This document shows positions 27,292-34,710 of a stretch of 37,237 nucleotides of DNA, piece after piece (position 1 is the first letter of the stretch; every line of letters starts with the position of its first letter). The notes beneath the pieces are model-generated. The model had not been told where the DNA came from. It saw nothing but the letters and a program-made list of their open reading frames with translations, and did not search any database. The stretch lies in IMG/VR virus record IMGVR_UViG_3300043395_000557, positions 1 through 37,237 of that record. The stretch is one strand, 5' to 3'. The DNA comes from a virus (Duplodnaviria > Caudoviricetes). A program made the translations under genes and the position numbers.

Positions 27292-27377
27292 TGGAAGACT
27301 GGAAGCAAACTCTAAAAGAACTTAGCGAGCAACTCCGTAAGGAGCACCTTGCCAAACTCACAACTAAGGAGAAGTAA
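27291..27377 (+). CDS. 28-aa peptide
   Basis: AAGGAG RBS, TAATG coupling. Confidence 0.5.
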   Translation: MEDWKQTLKELSEQLRKEHLAKLTTKEK

Positions 27378-27496
27378 TGGAAGAGAACATCAAAGAACTG
27401 TTCGACCAGTTTCACGCTGGCGAGATAGATGTACTGGAACTAATGGCTGAGTTAGAGACTGAGCGTTTTGACGGTGACATCATCGACTACCTGTAA
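27377..27496 (+). CDS. 39-aa acidic peptide
   Basis: AAGGAG RBS, TAATG coupling. Confidence 0.55.
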   Translation: MEENIKELFDQFHAGEIDVLELMAELETERFDGDIIDYL

Positions 27497-27573
27497 TGGG
27501 TAGTTTTTTGCGCAGAAAATTTAAATGTCGGTGGTTACGAGTATAATGTTATTACCCCTAAGAAAGTGAAACT

Positions 27574-28290
27574 ATGTTAGTCCGTTCAAAAGATAGAAAA
27601 GTTGCCAACCTTGTAAATAAAGGTGGTAAGCAGCCTTTGATTGCCAATACCTTCGGTTTGCCGAGTGGTAAAGCATTCTCCTGCCCTGGTGCTACTAGTG
27701 TATGCGAAACTATTTGCTACGCTGGCAAGTTAGAAAAAGTATTCAAGGGTGTGCGTGATGTAATCACTAGCAACTATGAGCAACTAATTTCAGTAGGTTT
27801 GTTTGGCAAGATTGACTTGCTAAGTCAAATGATTGAAGAGTTTGTTGCTGATTGCGAAAAGCGTAATGCCGAAAAGTTATTCCGTATTCACTGGGACGGA
27901 GATTTCTTTGATGAAGAGTATGTTGTTGCTTGGCGTGAAGTCATTCAACAAAATAAGGATGTTCAATTCTGGGTCTATACCCGAAGCGACTTTGCTATTC
28001 CGTTGCTGATTGACCTGCCTAACCTTGCTCTGTATTTCTCTGCCGATAGTGCCAACAAAACTTTGGCGTGGGAGTTGAAGAAAAAGTATGGCGTGAAGTT
28101 AGCGTATCTTGCTAAAGACTTTGCTACTGGTAAAAGTGATTTCAATGAGCAACAAGAAAAGTCTGCTGTGCCTTGCCCTGAAAACAACAAGAAGATACCG
28201 CTGATTAGCGAAAAGGGTTCTGCCTGTGTTGTTTGTTCTCAATGTGTTTTTGCTCGCAATGACATTCTATTCTCTGCGAGTAAAAAATGA
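27574..28290 (+). CDS. GP88-like protein (Cys-cluster, radical-SAM-like fold)
   Basis: FGLP...SCPGATSVCETICYA, FRIHWDGDF, FWVYTRS, CP..CVVCSQC. Confidence 0.7.
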   Translation: MLVRSKDRKVANLVNKGGKQPLIANTFGLPSGKAFSCPGATSVCETICYAGKLEKVFKGVRDVITSNYEQLISVGLFGKIDLLSQMIEEFVADCEKRNAEKLFRIHWDGDFFDEEYVVAWREVIQQNKDVQFWVYTRSDFAIPLLIDLPNLALYFSADSANKTLAWELKKKYGVKLAYLAKDFATGKSDFNEQQEKSAVPCPENNKKIPLISEKGSACVVCSQCVFARNDILFSASKK

Positions 28291-28299
28291 GAGGATACT

Positions 28300-28368
28300 A
28301 TGGAAAATTGTTTATTCGTAAGCGTAGTTATAGGCGTAATCGTACTGCTAGTTTTCTTCATCCAATAG
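28300..28368 (+). CDS. 22-aa hydrophobic peptide
   Basis: GAGGA RBS; MENCLFVSVVIGVIVLLVFFIQ. Confidence 0.4.
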   Translation: MENCLFVSVVIGVIVLLVFFIQ

Positions 28369-28454
28369 GGTGAGGAAATCTGCGCAAAAAAATCGGGTAT
28401 TTACAATGTCGGTGGTCAGGTGTATAATGGATTTACGAAAGAAAGAGAGAACCC

Positions 28455-28865
28455 TTGGAAGATTATTGGGACGAAGTAGAAAACGCTGTTCATTACGCTA
28501 GTGGTATTGCCTTTGATGGTTGCCACAAGATTTATGTGCTTATGGACGAAACGCAGGTTGGACTTATGCGTGAGTATGAGTATGAGTTTATTTTTACTAA
28601 GGCAGATAAGAATAGAAACGAAATGCTAGAACAACTACGAGAGTGGTTTGCTAATAGTTGCTTCCTAAGATTTATTGAAGCCGTTCAATCTGTTCCCGAA
28701 GGACAAGACGAGAATGACGGATTTACTACGCTCATTCCACAAGGGGCAGAACAGGAAGAAGAAGAAGAAAACGAATGGTGCTGGAAGTGTAGTTATCGTG
28801 AGATTTATGAAGACGACCTATGCGAAGAATGCTATGAAGCCGAAAACGGAGATGACCAAGACTAA
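28455..28865 (+). CDS. acidic hypothetical protein with C-terminal CxxC pairs
   Basis: 136 aa, TTG start; IAFDGCHKIY, SCFLRFI. Confidence 0.75.
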   Translation: MEDYWDEVENAVHYASGIAFDGCHKIYVLMDETQVGLMREYEYEFIFTKADKNRNEMLEQLREWFANSCFLRFIEAVQSVPEGQDENDGFTTLIPQGAEQEEEEENEWCWKCSYREIYEDDLCEECYEAENGDDQD

Positions 28866-28914
28866 ATGTCGGTGGTTGGTTGTATAATAGAACTAACAAG
28901 AAAGAGAGATAAAA

Positions 28915-29505
28915 ATGGGAACTAGACACCTTATTACTGCCTTTGACGAACAGGGCGAACTGAAAGTTGCTCAATACGGACAATGGGACGGATACCCAGA
29001 AGGACAGGGTATCACTATGCTAAACATTCTACGCTTTACTACCCGAACCGATTACACAGGTAAGTTAGTTAGTGAAGTTGCTGACGGACTTGCTAGATGT
29101 CGCTGGGGTAGTGAAGACGAACTCAATGCTATCTACAATAGCCTACCAGAAATGAGTTATGTTGGAACTGACGACCAGAAGTCTTTTGACTTGCTGTATC
29201 CTAATCTAACCAGAGATACAGGTGCTAACATTCTAAATGTTGTTGCTTGGTCTGTTGGCGAAGTGTTGCTTGTAGACCACAGCGATTTCGCACAAGACGA
29301 ACTATTTTGCGAAGGTATTTATTCTGTGAACTACCAGAGCAAGATGTTCACAAGTAAGTATGGAGAGTTGCTGGTTTCATTTCCACTTGACGACCTGCCA
29401 ACTAATCAGGAATACCTTGACGCTTTTGATAAAGCCAAGAGAGATTTCTACGATAATGTAAGGGCTAACGCCAGAGCAGAGAGTGAAGAGGTGGGGGCTT
29501 TATAG
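28915..29505 (+). CDS. conserved phage protein (MGTR...QWDGYP pattern)
   Basis: 196 aa; MGTRHLI...AQYGQWDGYPEGQG. Confidence 0.8.
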   Translation: MGTRHLITAFDEQGELKVAQYGQWDGYPEGQGITMLNILRFTTRTDYTGKLVSEVADGLARCRWGSEDELNAIYNSLPEMSYVGTDDQKSFDLLYPNLTRDTGANILNVVAWSVGEVLLVDHSDFAQDELFCEGIYSVNYQSKMFTSKYGELLVSFPLDDLPTNQEYLDAFDKAKRDFYDNVRANARAESEEVGAL

Positions 29506-29586
29506 CCCTTGCTTTTTCTGCGCCGATTTTCAATGTCGGTGGTAGGGAGTATAATGGATTTACGATAAAGAAAAGGAAATCCCAGA

Positions 29587-29709
29587 ATGAACCAAAACAC
29601 TAACCCCATAATCTTGCTAGAAGGGGCAATCAACGAAGATGTAATCGAAAGCCTATCTGCCGAAAACATCGAACTCATTATGTCTATTTTAGAGAAAGCA
29701 GGTTACTAA
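29587..29709 (+). CDS. 40-aa acidic peptide
   Basis: AAAGGA RBS; coupled to the next ORF. Confidence 0.6.
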   Translation: MNQNTNPIILLEGAINEDVIESLSAENIELIMSILEKAGY

Positions 29710-30014
29710 TGATTGAATACAACAACACAACTAACGCAGACTTTATGTATTTCGCAGGAGATGGCTCTTGGGGAGATGCCAGCGACATTGTTATTGTCAA
29801 TGTTGAAGAACTTGACGGACACTTTGGCGAGTTCCTTGACGAAGTAAATGAATGGCAACGACCAGAGTTTATGCGTTGGTATGTAGAGAACCAAACTCAC
29901 GACCAAGACCCACACACCTACACCGCTTGCCGAGTTTGTGAGCAGTGGAACGAGGGCTTGACCGAAACCGAAATCCTAGAAGAACTAGACAACCAAGACG
30001 CTGACGAAAACTAA
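29709..30014 (+). CDS. acidic hypothetical protein
   Basis: 101 aa; YFAGDGSWGDA; CRVC. Confidence 0.75.
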   Translation: MIEYNNTTNADFMYFAGDGSWGDASDIVIVNVEELDGHFGEFLDEVNEWQRPEFMRWYVENQTHDQDPHTYTACRVCEQWNEGLTETEILEELDNQDADEN

Positions 30015-30063
30015 ATGTCGGTGGCTACCTGTATAATAGAACCCTAAACAAGAAAGAAGAAAA

Positions 30064-30516
30064 ATGAACGAATACACAGACCCTAACGCAACACCAACAG
30101 ACGAAGAGATTGCTAAGGCTATTTCTCACCCTGTTCTAACTCACCTAAACAGCAGACTAGAAAACCTACAAAGCCAACTTACAGCAAGTCAGGATACCGT
30201 TATGCGTTTGCGTGATAAGTATCGCACAACCGAATACAAACTAACTGACCTGCTAAAAGAGTTGCTTGATAACGAAGACATCACCTATGATGACGCACAG
30301 CGTATCGCTGACCTGTTTGATAGCATTACTCTAACTAAACAGATTACCATTCACTACACCGTTAGTGCTACTGCCACAGTAGAAGTGCCTTACAACGCTG
30401 ATGATGAAGATGTAGCGTCTTCTACTTATGTTGAGAGAGTTGAGTTCTATACCGACTTTGATAACGCAGAAGTGTTGGAAGAAGACCACGACATAGAAGA
30501 TTGGCGAGTTGGGTAG
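30064..30516 (+). CDS. acidic hypothetical protein with coiled coil
   Basis: 150 aa after promoter box 30014. Confidence 0.8.
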   Translation: MNEYTDPNATPTDEEIAKAISHPVLTHLNSRLENLQSQLTASQDTVMRLRDKYRTTEYKLTDLLKELLDNEDITYDDAQRIADLFDSITLTKQITIHYTVSATATVEVPYNADDEDVASSTYVERVEFYTDFDNAEVLEEDHDIEDWRVG

Positions 30517-30545
30517 GGTTCTTATTCCTTTCTTTTCCCCTGCCC

Positions 30546-30573
30546 CAACCTGAGCAAGTTGTAAAACGGCTCA
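30546..30573 (+). ncRNA. H-type pseudoknot copy 1
   Basis: S1 CAAC/GTTG, S2 TGAGC/GCTCA, linker TAAAAC. Confidence 0.6.
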
Positions 30574-30746
30574 CCCAAAATCTGCGCAAAGTCTGCGCCC
30601 CCGATTGTAACAATTAGGTTACGAAGGTTACGAAACACCCCCCAAATCCCCATAATGTCGGTGGTAGGGGCTATAATAGATACACAGGCAGAGAACCGAA
30701 CAAGACAAAATAATTTACGAAAACTAAAAATTTTTCCAGAAAATGC

Positions 30747-30775
30747 TTGACTTTCAGTTTCTCTTCCTGTATAAT
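30747..30775 (+). promoter_or_regulatory. canonical housekeeping-sigma promoter
   Basis: TTGACT-N17-TATAAT. Confidence 0.75.
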
Positions 30776-30842
30776 AGACTTATCAACAAAAGTTGGTAAT
30801 AGATAAATGAAGCAAGTCCTAGAAATAGGCAGAAAGGTCATT

Positions 30843-30998
30843 ATGACTAACATCACAGCACCACAGGTTGGCTCACCATTCACTACTAGCGTAAGCAAGG
30901 TGTCTGGCATTGTTCAGGAAGTCGTGGCGAACAAGAACGGCTCGTTCCGTGTTCGTCTTGATGTTGCTGGTCAGCCACGCTGGACTACCATCAAGTAA
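30843..30998 (+). CDS. 51-aa beta-rich small protein
   Basis: AGAAAGG RBS; PQVGSPF...SGIVQEVV...FRVRLD. Confidence 0.7.
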   Translation: MTNITAPQVGSPFTTSVSKVSGIVQEVVANKNGSFRVRLDVAGQPRWTTIK

Positions 30999-31011
30999 TC
31001 CCCATTGGGTA

Positions 31012-31038
31012 ATCCTGAGTATGATGAAAAACTGCTCA
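31012..31038 (+). ncRNA. H-type pseudoknot copy 2
   Basis: S1 ATC/GAT, S2 TGAGTA/TGCTCA, linker GAAAAAC. Confidence 0.55.
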
Positions 31039-31122
31039 CCCCCAAAATCTAAATGTCGGTGGTCTCGGCTATAATAGACCTATAACAAATAAACCCCCTA
31101 ACAACAAACAAAGGAGATAACT

Positions 31123-31575
31123 ATGGCAAGAGCCATTAGCGTCAAAATCCCAACAGGCAAAGTCATTGAGATGATTGAGAGCAAGATTGCTCAAATCAAC
31201 GAAGACATTGCTACCTACCCTGCTCGCAAGGCTCAGTATGTAGCAGACCGACAGGCTTACACCGAAAAGGTTGTAGCCATTGTTGCTGACCTACTAACCA
31301 AGCGTGGTGCTGAGTTGCTAGCAACCGAAGACCACGACAGCAAGGTTAGCGTTAGCCAGAACTATCGCAACGCTGTGGAACTTACCATTGGTAAGGACTT
31401 GCTTGCTGGTTTGGAAAAGCCAGAAGAGCCACAAGACCCAGAGCCAAAGGGCTACTATGGTCGCACCTATGGTTCTAAAAAGGCAGAGTTGGAGAAGACC
31501 CTAACTCTACTCAAAATGAGTGAGCAGGAGACGATTACTTCGTCTGCCTACAACAGCGTTTTGGAACTGCTGTAA
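31123..31575 (+). CDS. hypothetical protein (150 aa)
   Basis: AAGGAG RBS after promoter box 31052. Confidence 0.8.
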   Translation: MARAISVKIPTGKVIEMIESKIAQINEDIATYPARKAQYVADRQAYTEKVVAIVADLLTKRGAELLATEDHDSKVSVSQNYRNAVELTIGKDLLAGLEKPEEPQDPEPKGYYGRTYGSKKAELEKTLTLLKMSEQETITSSAYNSVLELL

Positions 31576-31595
31576 AACCATAGGCTTACGCCTAA

Positions 31596-31622
31596 ACACC
31601 TAAGCAAGTGTCTAAACTGCTT
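31596..31622 (+). ncRNA. H-type pseudoknot copy 3
   Basis: S1 ACAC/GTGT, S2 AAGCA/TGCTT, linker CTAAAC. Confidence 0.6.
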
Positions 31623-31843
31623 CCTGAATTGGGGTAGCGACTAGACAGGTAAAATAATTTCGCTAATCTTCCTGCTAGAAATGGCAGGGAGATTTTTTTG
31701 CGCAAGTTTTTTTCTGCGCCCCGATTTTTATAACGTTTTGGTTACGATTATAACAATCTTTGCCTAGCCTATTTACAATGTCGGTGGTAGCCTGTATAAT
31801 AGGACTATCAACAAAAAATCACTACTAATGAAAGGTGTGTCTT

Positions 31844-32863
31844 ATGGCTCACGAACTAGAAATCAACGAAGAAACAGGCGAAGCAACTTTTGCTAGCCTA
31901 CGCCAACCTGCTTGGCACAATCTTGGAACTGTGTTTCAGGAAGAAGTAAATACTGCCGAAATGCTAAAACTAGCAAAACTAGACAACTGGAATGTTCGCC
32001 TAGAAGATGTGGCAATCCCCGAAGGGTTTGAGAGCGACAAGTCTTACTCGTTCGTATCTCGCACTAACCCATTCAACGCAGACCAGACAGACATTCTTGG
32101 TGTCGTTGGTGAGCGTTATGTTCCCCTACAAAACGAAGACCTGTTCTCGTTTGGTGATAACCTGCTAGACGGTGGTGGTCGTTGGGAAACTGCTGGCTCT
32201 ATCAAGGGTGGTCGTCAGGTGTTCGGTTCTATCGCTCTTGCTGATAGCATTACCCTAGACCCTAATGGTCGTGCTGATAAGATAGACAACTATCTTCTAA
32301 TCAACACAAGCCACGATGGTTCTATCGCTATTCAGGCAAGTATCACGCCTGTTCGTGTTGTGTGTGCTAACACTCTAAACCTTGCTCTCTCTGCCTTCAA
32401 GGGTCGCAAAGCCCCTAAGCAGTCATTCAAGATTAGACACACGCAGACTGCCGAAGGTAAAATCGCAGTTGCTCGTGAAGCACTTGGTCTTGCTAAGACT
32501 TACATTGACGATTTTTCTGTAATGGCTAACGCTCTTATTGAAAAGGAAATCACTAAGTCGCAGTTTGACGAAATCGTAAAGTTGGCTTACCCTGCCCCTG
32601 AGAAAGACGCTAAGGGTTCGTTCAAGAAGTATGACGCAAAGGTAGATTTGCTCAACAGCATTTATGTTGGTCAGTTCAACGACACCATTGCTGGAACTGC
32701 TTGGGGAGCATACAACGCTCTAACCGAACGCCTAGACTGGTATCGCTCGGCTCGTGGTGGAAGCAACGAAAGCATTTACGCTTCGGCTTCTGGTTTTGAC
32801 CCTGTAATCAACGCAGAGAAAAACCGTTTGATGAAGGTTGTCCAACAGGTAGTAATGGCGTAA
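31844..32863 (+). CDS. DUF932 / TIGR03299-type phage-plasmid protein
   Basis: PAWHNLG, LGVVGERYVPLQN, WETAGSIKGGRQVF, NTSHDGS, TPVRVVCANTL, IRHT, GTAWGAYNALTE. Confidence 0.85.
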   Translation: MAHELEINEETGEATFASLRQPAWHNLGTVFQEEVNTAEMLKLAKLDNWNVRLEDVAIPEGFESDKSYSFVSRTNPFNADQTDILGVVGERYVPLQNEDLFSFGDNLLDGGGRWETAGSIKGGRQVFGSIALADSITLDPNGRADKIDNYLLINTSHDGSIAIQASITPVRVVCANTLNLALSAFKGRKAPKQSFKIRHTQTAEGKIAVAREALGLAKTYIDDFSVMANALIEKEITKSQFDEIVKLAYPAPEKDAKGSFKKYDAKVDLLNSIYVGQFNDTIAGTAWGAYNALTERLDWYRSARGGSNESIYASASGFDPVINAEKNRLMKVVQQVVMA

Positions 32864-32878
32864 GCCATTCACTATCGC

Positions 32879-32904
32879 TGGCTCACCCCTTCGGGGGTGG
32901 GCTG
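32879..32904 (+). terminator. UUCG-capped terminator-like hairpin
   Basis: GCTCACCCC-TTCG-GGGGTGGGC followed closely by a T-run and GCGC. Confidence 0.65.
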
Positions 32905-32989
32905 GCAATTTTCTGCGCAAAAATTTTGGGTATTTACAATGTCGTAGGCATCCTGTATAATAGAGTATAAACCCAAGAGAAAGAGAAAA

Positions 32990-33409
32990 ATGTCCAGATA
33001 CGAAAACAGAACCTTTGGTACTATTGTCCATGTCCTAGATGTTGATAAGGCTACTAAGTTTATCAAGGATAGGTTCGAAGCACCAGACCTAGACATCACA
33101 GCAGAACGCATGGCTATTGTCAATGGTAAGAATGGCGTGGCAACTGTTATTGACGAAGGTGTTGGCTGGTATGCTGACGCTAATGGTAAGTTGCCTATAA
33201 ACTATTGGGGTAAGAATGGTAGCGGTGGCTATCTTGACATTACCCCCGAAGAGTTGGCTCCGCTAATCTCTGATGAAACTATTGACCTTGCTGACCATGT
33301 GCGAGTATTTGGCGACAGGCTAGAAACTAACCTATGGATTTGGCAGAACTACGCCAAGGGCTACCCACAAGACAAGATGTCGGTGGTTAGTGCTACAATG
33401 GTAGCCTAA
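32990..33409 (+). CDS. hypothetical protein (139 aa)
   Basis: after promoter box 32938; C-terminus runs through the next promoter box. Confidence 0.75.
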   Translation: MSRYENRTFGTIVHVLDVDKATKFIKDRFEAPDLDITAERMAIVNGKNGVATVIDEGVGWYADANGKLPINYWGKNGSGGYLDITPEELAPLISDETIDLADHVRVFGDRLETNLWIWQNYAKGYPQDKMSVVSATMVA

Positions 33410-33425
33410 GAGAAAGAGAAACCCT

Positions 33426-33674
33426 ATGAAAAAGAAATACTATGTTCAGGTTCAGGTGAACTATGATGGCGACATCTGGGCTGAGAGTGAAGCAGAAGCA
33501 GAAGACCTTGCTTGGCATTCCTACTATGGTGATGACCCTGCCTTGACCTACGACAGCGTAGAAGAAATCAAGGTAGAAGAATACGACCACTGCGAGAAGT
33601 GCGGTGTCCCTGATGATGATTGCGATTGTTGCCAAGATTGCGATAAGGTCTATGACGAATGCGAGTGTGAATAA
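33426..33674 (+). CDS. acidic, Cys-rich small protein
   Basis: WAESEAEAEDLA motif; CEKC..CDCCQDC..CEC. Confidence 0.75.
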   Translation: MKKKYYVQVQVNYDGDIWAESEAEAEDLAWHSYYGDDPALTYDSVEEIKVEEYDHCEKCGVPDDDCDCCQDCDKVYDECECE

Positions 33675-33793
33675 TGCCTGAACTATACAAGATTAGACTT
33701 ACAGACCAATACTACAATCTCTATGAGTGTAAAGGTTGCGGTAAGCAGTGGAAGTCTTACTACAAAAAGATTGGGCATAAGCGATGTCCATAA
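33674..33793 (+). CDS. 39-aa Zn-finger-like peptide
   Basis: TAATG coupling; YECKGCGK...H..C. Confidence 0.55.
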   Translation: MPELYKIRLTDQYYNLYECKGCGKQWKSYYKKIGHKRCP

Positions 33794-33855
33794 CAGGCTG
33801 CCTAGTTATAGTTATTTTGATAATCATAGTATTTATGTTTCAGTAAAGGAGAAAA

Positions 33856-34131
33856 ATGGAAACTGAATTCACACTAGCGGATGAATTGTATGAAACTAAG
33901 AAAATGGTTACTGCAACCATTACCTACACTATTGAGGTAAACAAAGATAATGTTTTCATTAGTGAGATTGAAGACTTCTGGGGAGAAAGCCAAGAAGACT
34001 ACGATGAACTAAAACGAACTGATGAAGAACTAATAAATGCAGCAGGTAGCGAACTAGCAGAAATGATTTACAACTCTGTCAAGTATAACGACCTTGCTGA
34101 CATGATTAGCATTGAGGTAAATGAAGCATGA
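33856..34131 (+). CDS. acidic hypothetical protein
   Basis: 91 aa; AAGGAG RBS. Confidence 0.75.
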   Translation: METEFTLADELYETKKMVTATITYTIEVNKDNVFISEIEDFWGESQEDYDELKRTDEELINAAGSELAEMIYNSVKYNDLADMISIEVNEA

Positions 34132-34292
34132 GTGAAGATAAAGAGATGATGATTGAGTTTATCAACAATCTTCTCAAGACACCAAACCTAGATTTGCTTC
34201 CTACTAGTTCTGTTCTTGGATTGCTCAAGATGCGACTAGAAGACCCTTATGCGTTTATGCGAGTTAAATCTGTTTTAGACCCTGTAGAGTAA
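34128..34292 (+). CDS. hypothetical protein (54 aa)
   Basis: ATGA overlap; MSEDKEMMIEF... Confidence 0.6.
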   Translation: MSEDKEMMIEFINNLLKTPNLDLLPTSSVLGLLKMRLEDPYAFMRVKSVLDPVE

Positions 34293-34347
34293 TCTATGGG
34301 GTTCTAAAATCTGCGCAAAATTATTATGTCAAGTAGTACGGATAAAC

Positions 34348-34480
34348 ATCAAATCCCGATTACGAATAGCAATATTTTTCCCAGGATATGCAGACATCAA
34401 ACACCGATTACGAATGATGTCATGCATCCCAGGATATTTTATTATCAAACCACGATTACGAAGGGTGTTTATTTTTCCTG
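34348..34480 (+). repeat. three 48-bp-period repeats ATCAAA-N3-CGATTACGAA-N12/13-TCC
   Basis: ATCAAA at 34348, 34396, 34444; CGATTACGAA at 34357, 34405, 34453. Confidence 0.85.
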
Positions 34481-34481
34481 A

Positions 34482-34679
34482 TTAATCGTATTTACTATCT
34501 TGCTCAACAAGGTATTCAAGATTATCAATGATATCTGGTAAATCAGTTTCAATTACACCAGTTATAAGAGCATCAATTTCAACAGCCAAGACTTCCCATT
34601 GTTTATCAGTAAGGTTTAGTCCATAGTCTCTATCTATAGCACTACGAGTAATTAGTATTTCTAGTTTATTTTCTAACAT
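34482..34679 (-). CDS. acidic hypothetical protein, near-leaderless
   Basis: MLENKLEILITR...; start moved to just after the minus-strand promoter box. Confidence 0.7.
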   Translation of the reverse strand: MLENKLEILITRSAIDRDYGLNLTDKQWEVLAVEIDALITGVIETDLPDIIDNLEYLVEQDSKYD

Positions 34680-34686
34680 ACCGTCC

Positions 34687-34710
34687 ATTATAGCAGCCAC
34701 CACTGACATT
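34687..34710 (-). promoter_or_regulatory. minus-strand copy of the box promoter
   Basis: AATGTCAGTGGTGGCTGCTATAAT. Confidence 0.85.

Larger units (their letters stand above)
21685..31754 (+). repeat. RTAAC-N6-RT(A/T)AC direct-repeat boxes at junctions
   Basis: first TAAC at 21686, 22409, 22797, 23384, 24181, 24631, 25206, 30608, 31731; 11-bp period in each. Confidence 0.8.
21731..33399 (+). promoter_or_regulatory. family of 24 promoters, AATGTCGGTGG-N7-TAnnnT
   Basis: box starts at 21731, 22455, 22854, 23441, 23688, 24227, 24677, 24917, 25262, 25705, 25903, 26283, 26563, 26762, 27524, 28405, 28865, 29532, 30014, 30654, 31052, 31777, 32938, 33376; the -10 hexamer begins exactly 18 nt after box start in every copy. 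Confidence 0.9.
21672..34316. repeat. 22 intergenic GCGC sites, mostly flanked by A/T tracts, at 17 unit junctions
   Basis: GCGC at 21672, 22396, 22784, 23357, 23371, 24168, 24618, 25177, 25192, 25674, 26275, 26492, 26504, 27510, 28382, 29520, 30584, 30595, 31700, 31716, 32915, 34313. Confidence 0.85.

Noticed and set aside
30546-31622. CTGAG...AAAC elements as hammerhead ribozymes or preQ1 riboswitches
   Set aside because: No CUGANGA/GAAA three-stem core; preQ1 consensus bases absent; elements lie in 3' UTRs
21731-33399. Box repeats as a CRISPR array or true integron attC sites
   Set aside because: Spacing is 150-1200 nt with genes between; no attC-like inverted core structure or integrase seen; fixed distance to the -10 points to a promoter element
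21731-33399. Similarity to the mycobacteriophage L5 stoperator (GGTGG and TGTC sub-words)
   Set aside because: Sub-words are in the opposite order and sites are locked to promoters; analogy only, no evidence of homology
22591-33635. Minus-strand ORFs within the plus-strand array
   Set aside because: They oppose promoter- and RBS-supported genes and often read through junction motifs
34348-34480. 48-bp periodic repeats as a mini-CRISPR array
   Set aside because: Conserved blocks are short and split, variable parts are only about 12 nt, and I see no cas genes
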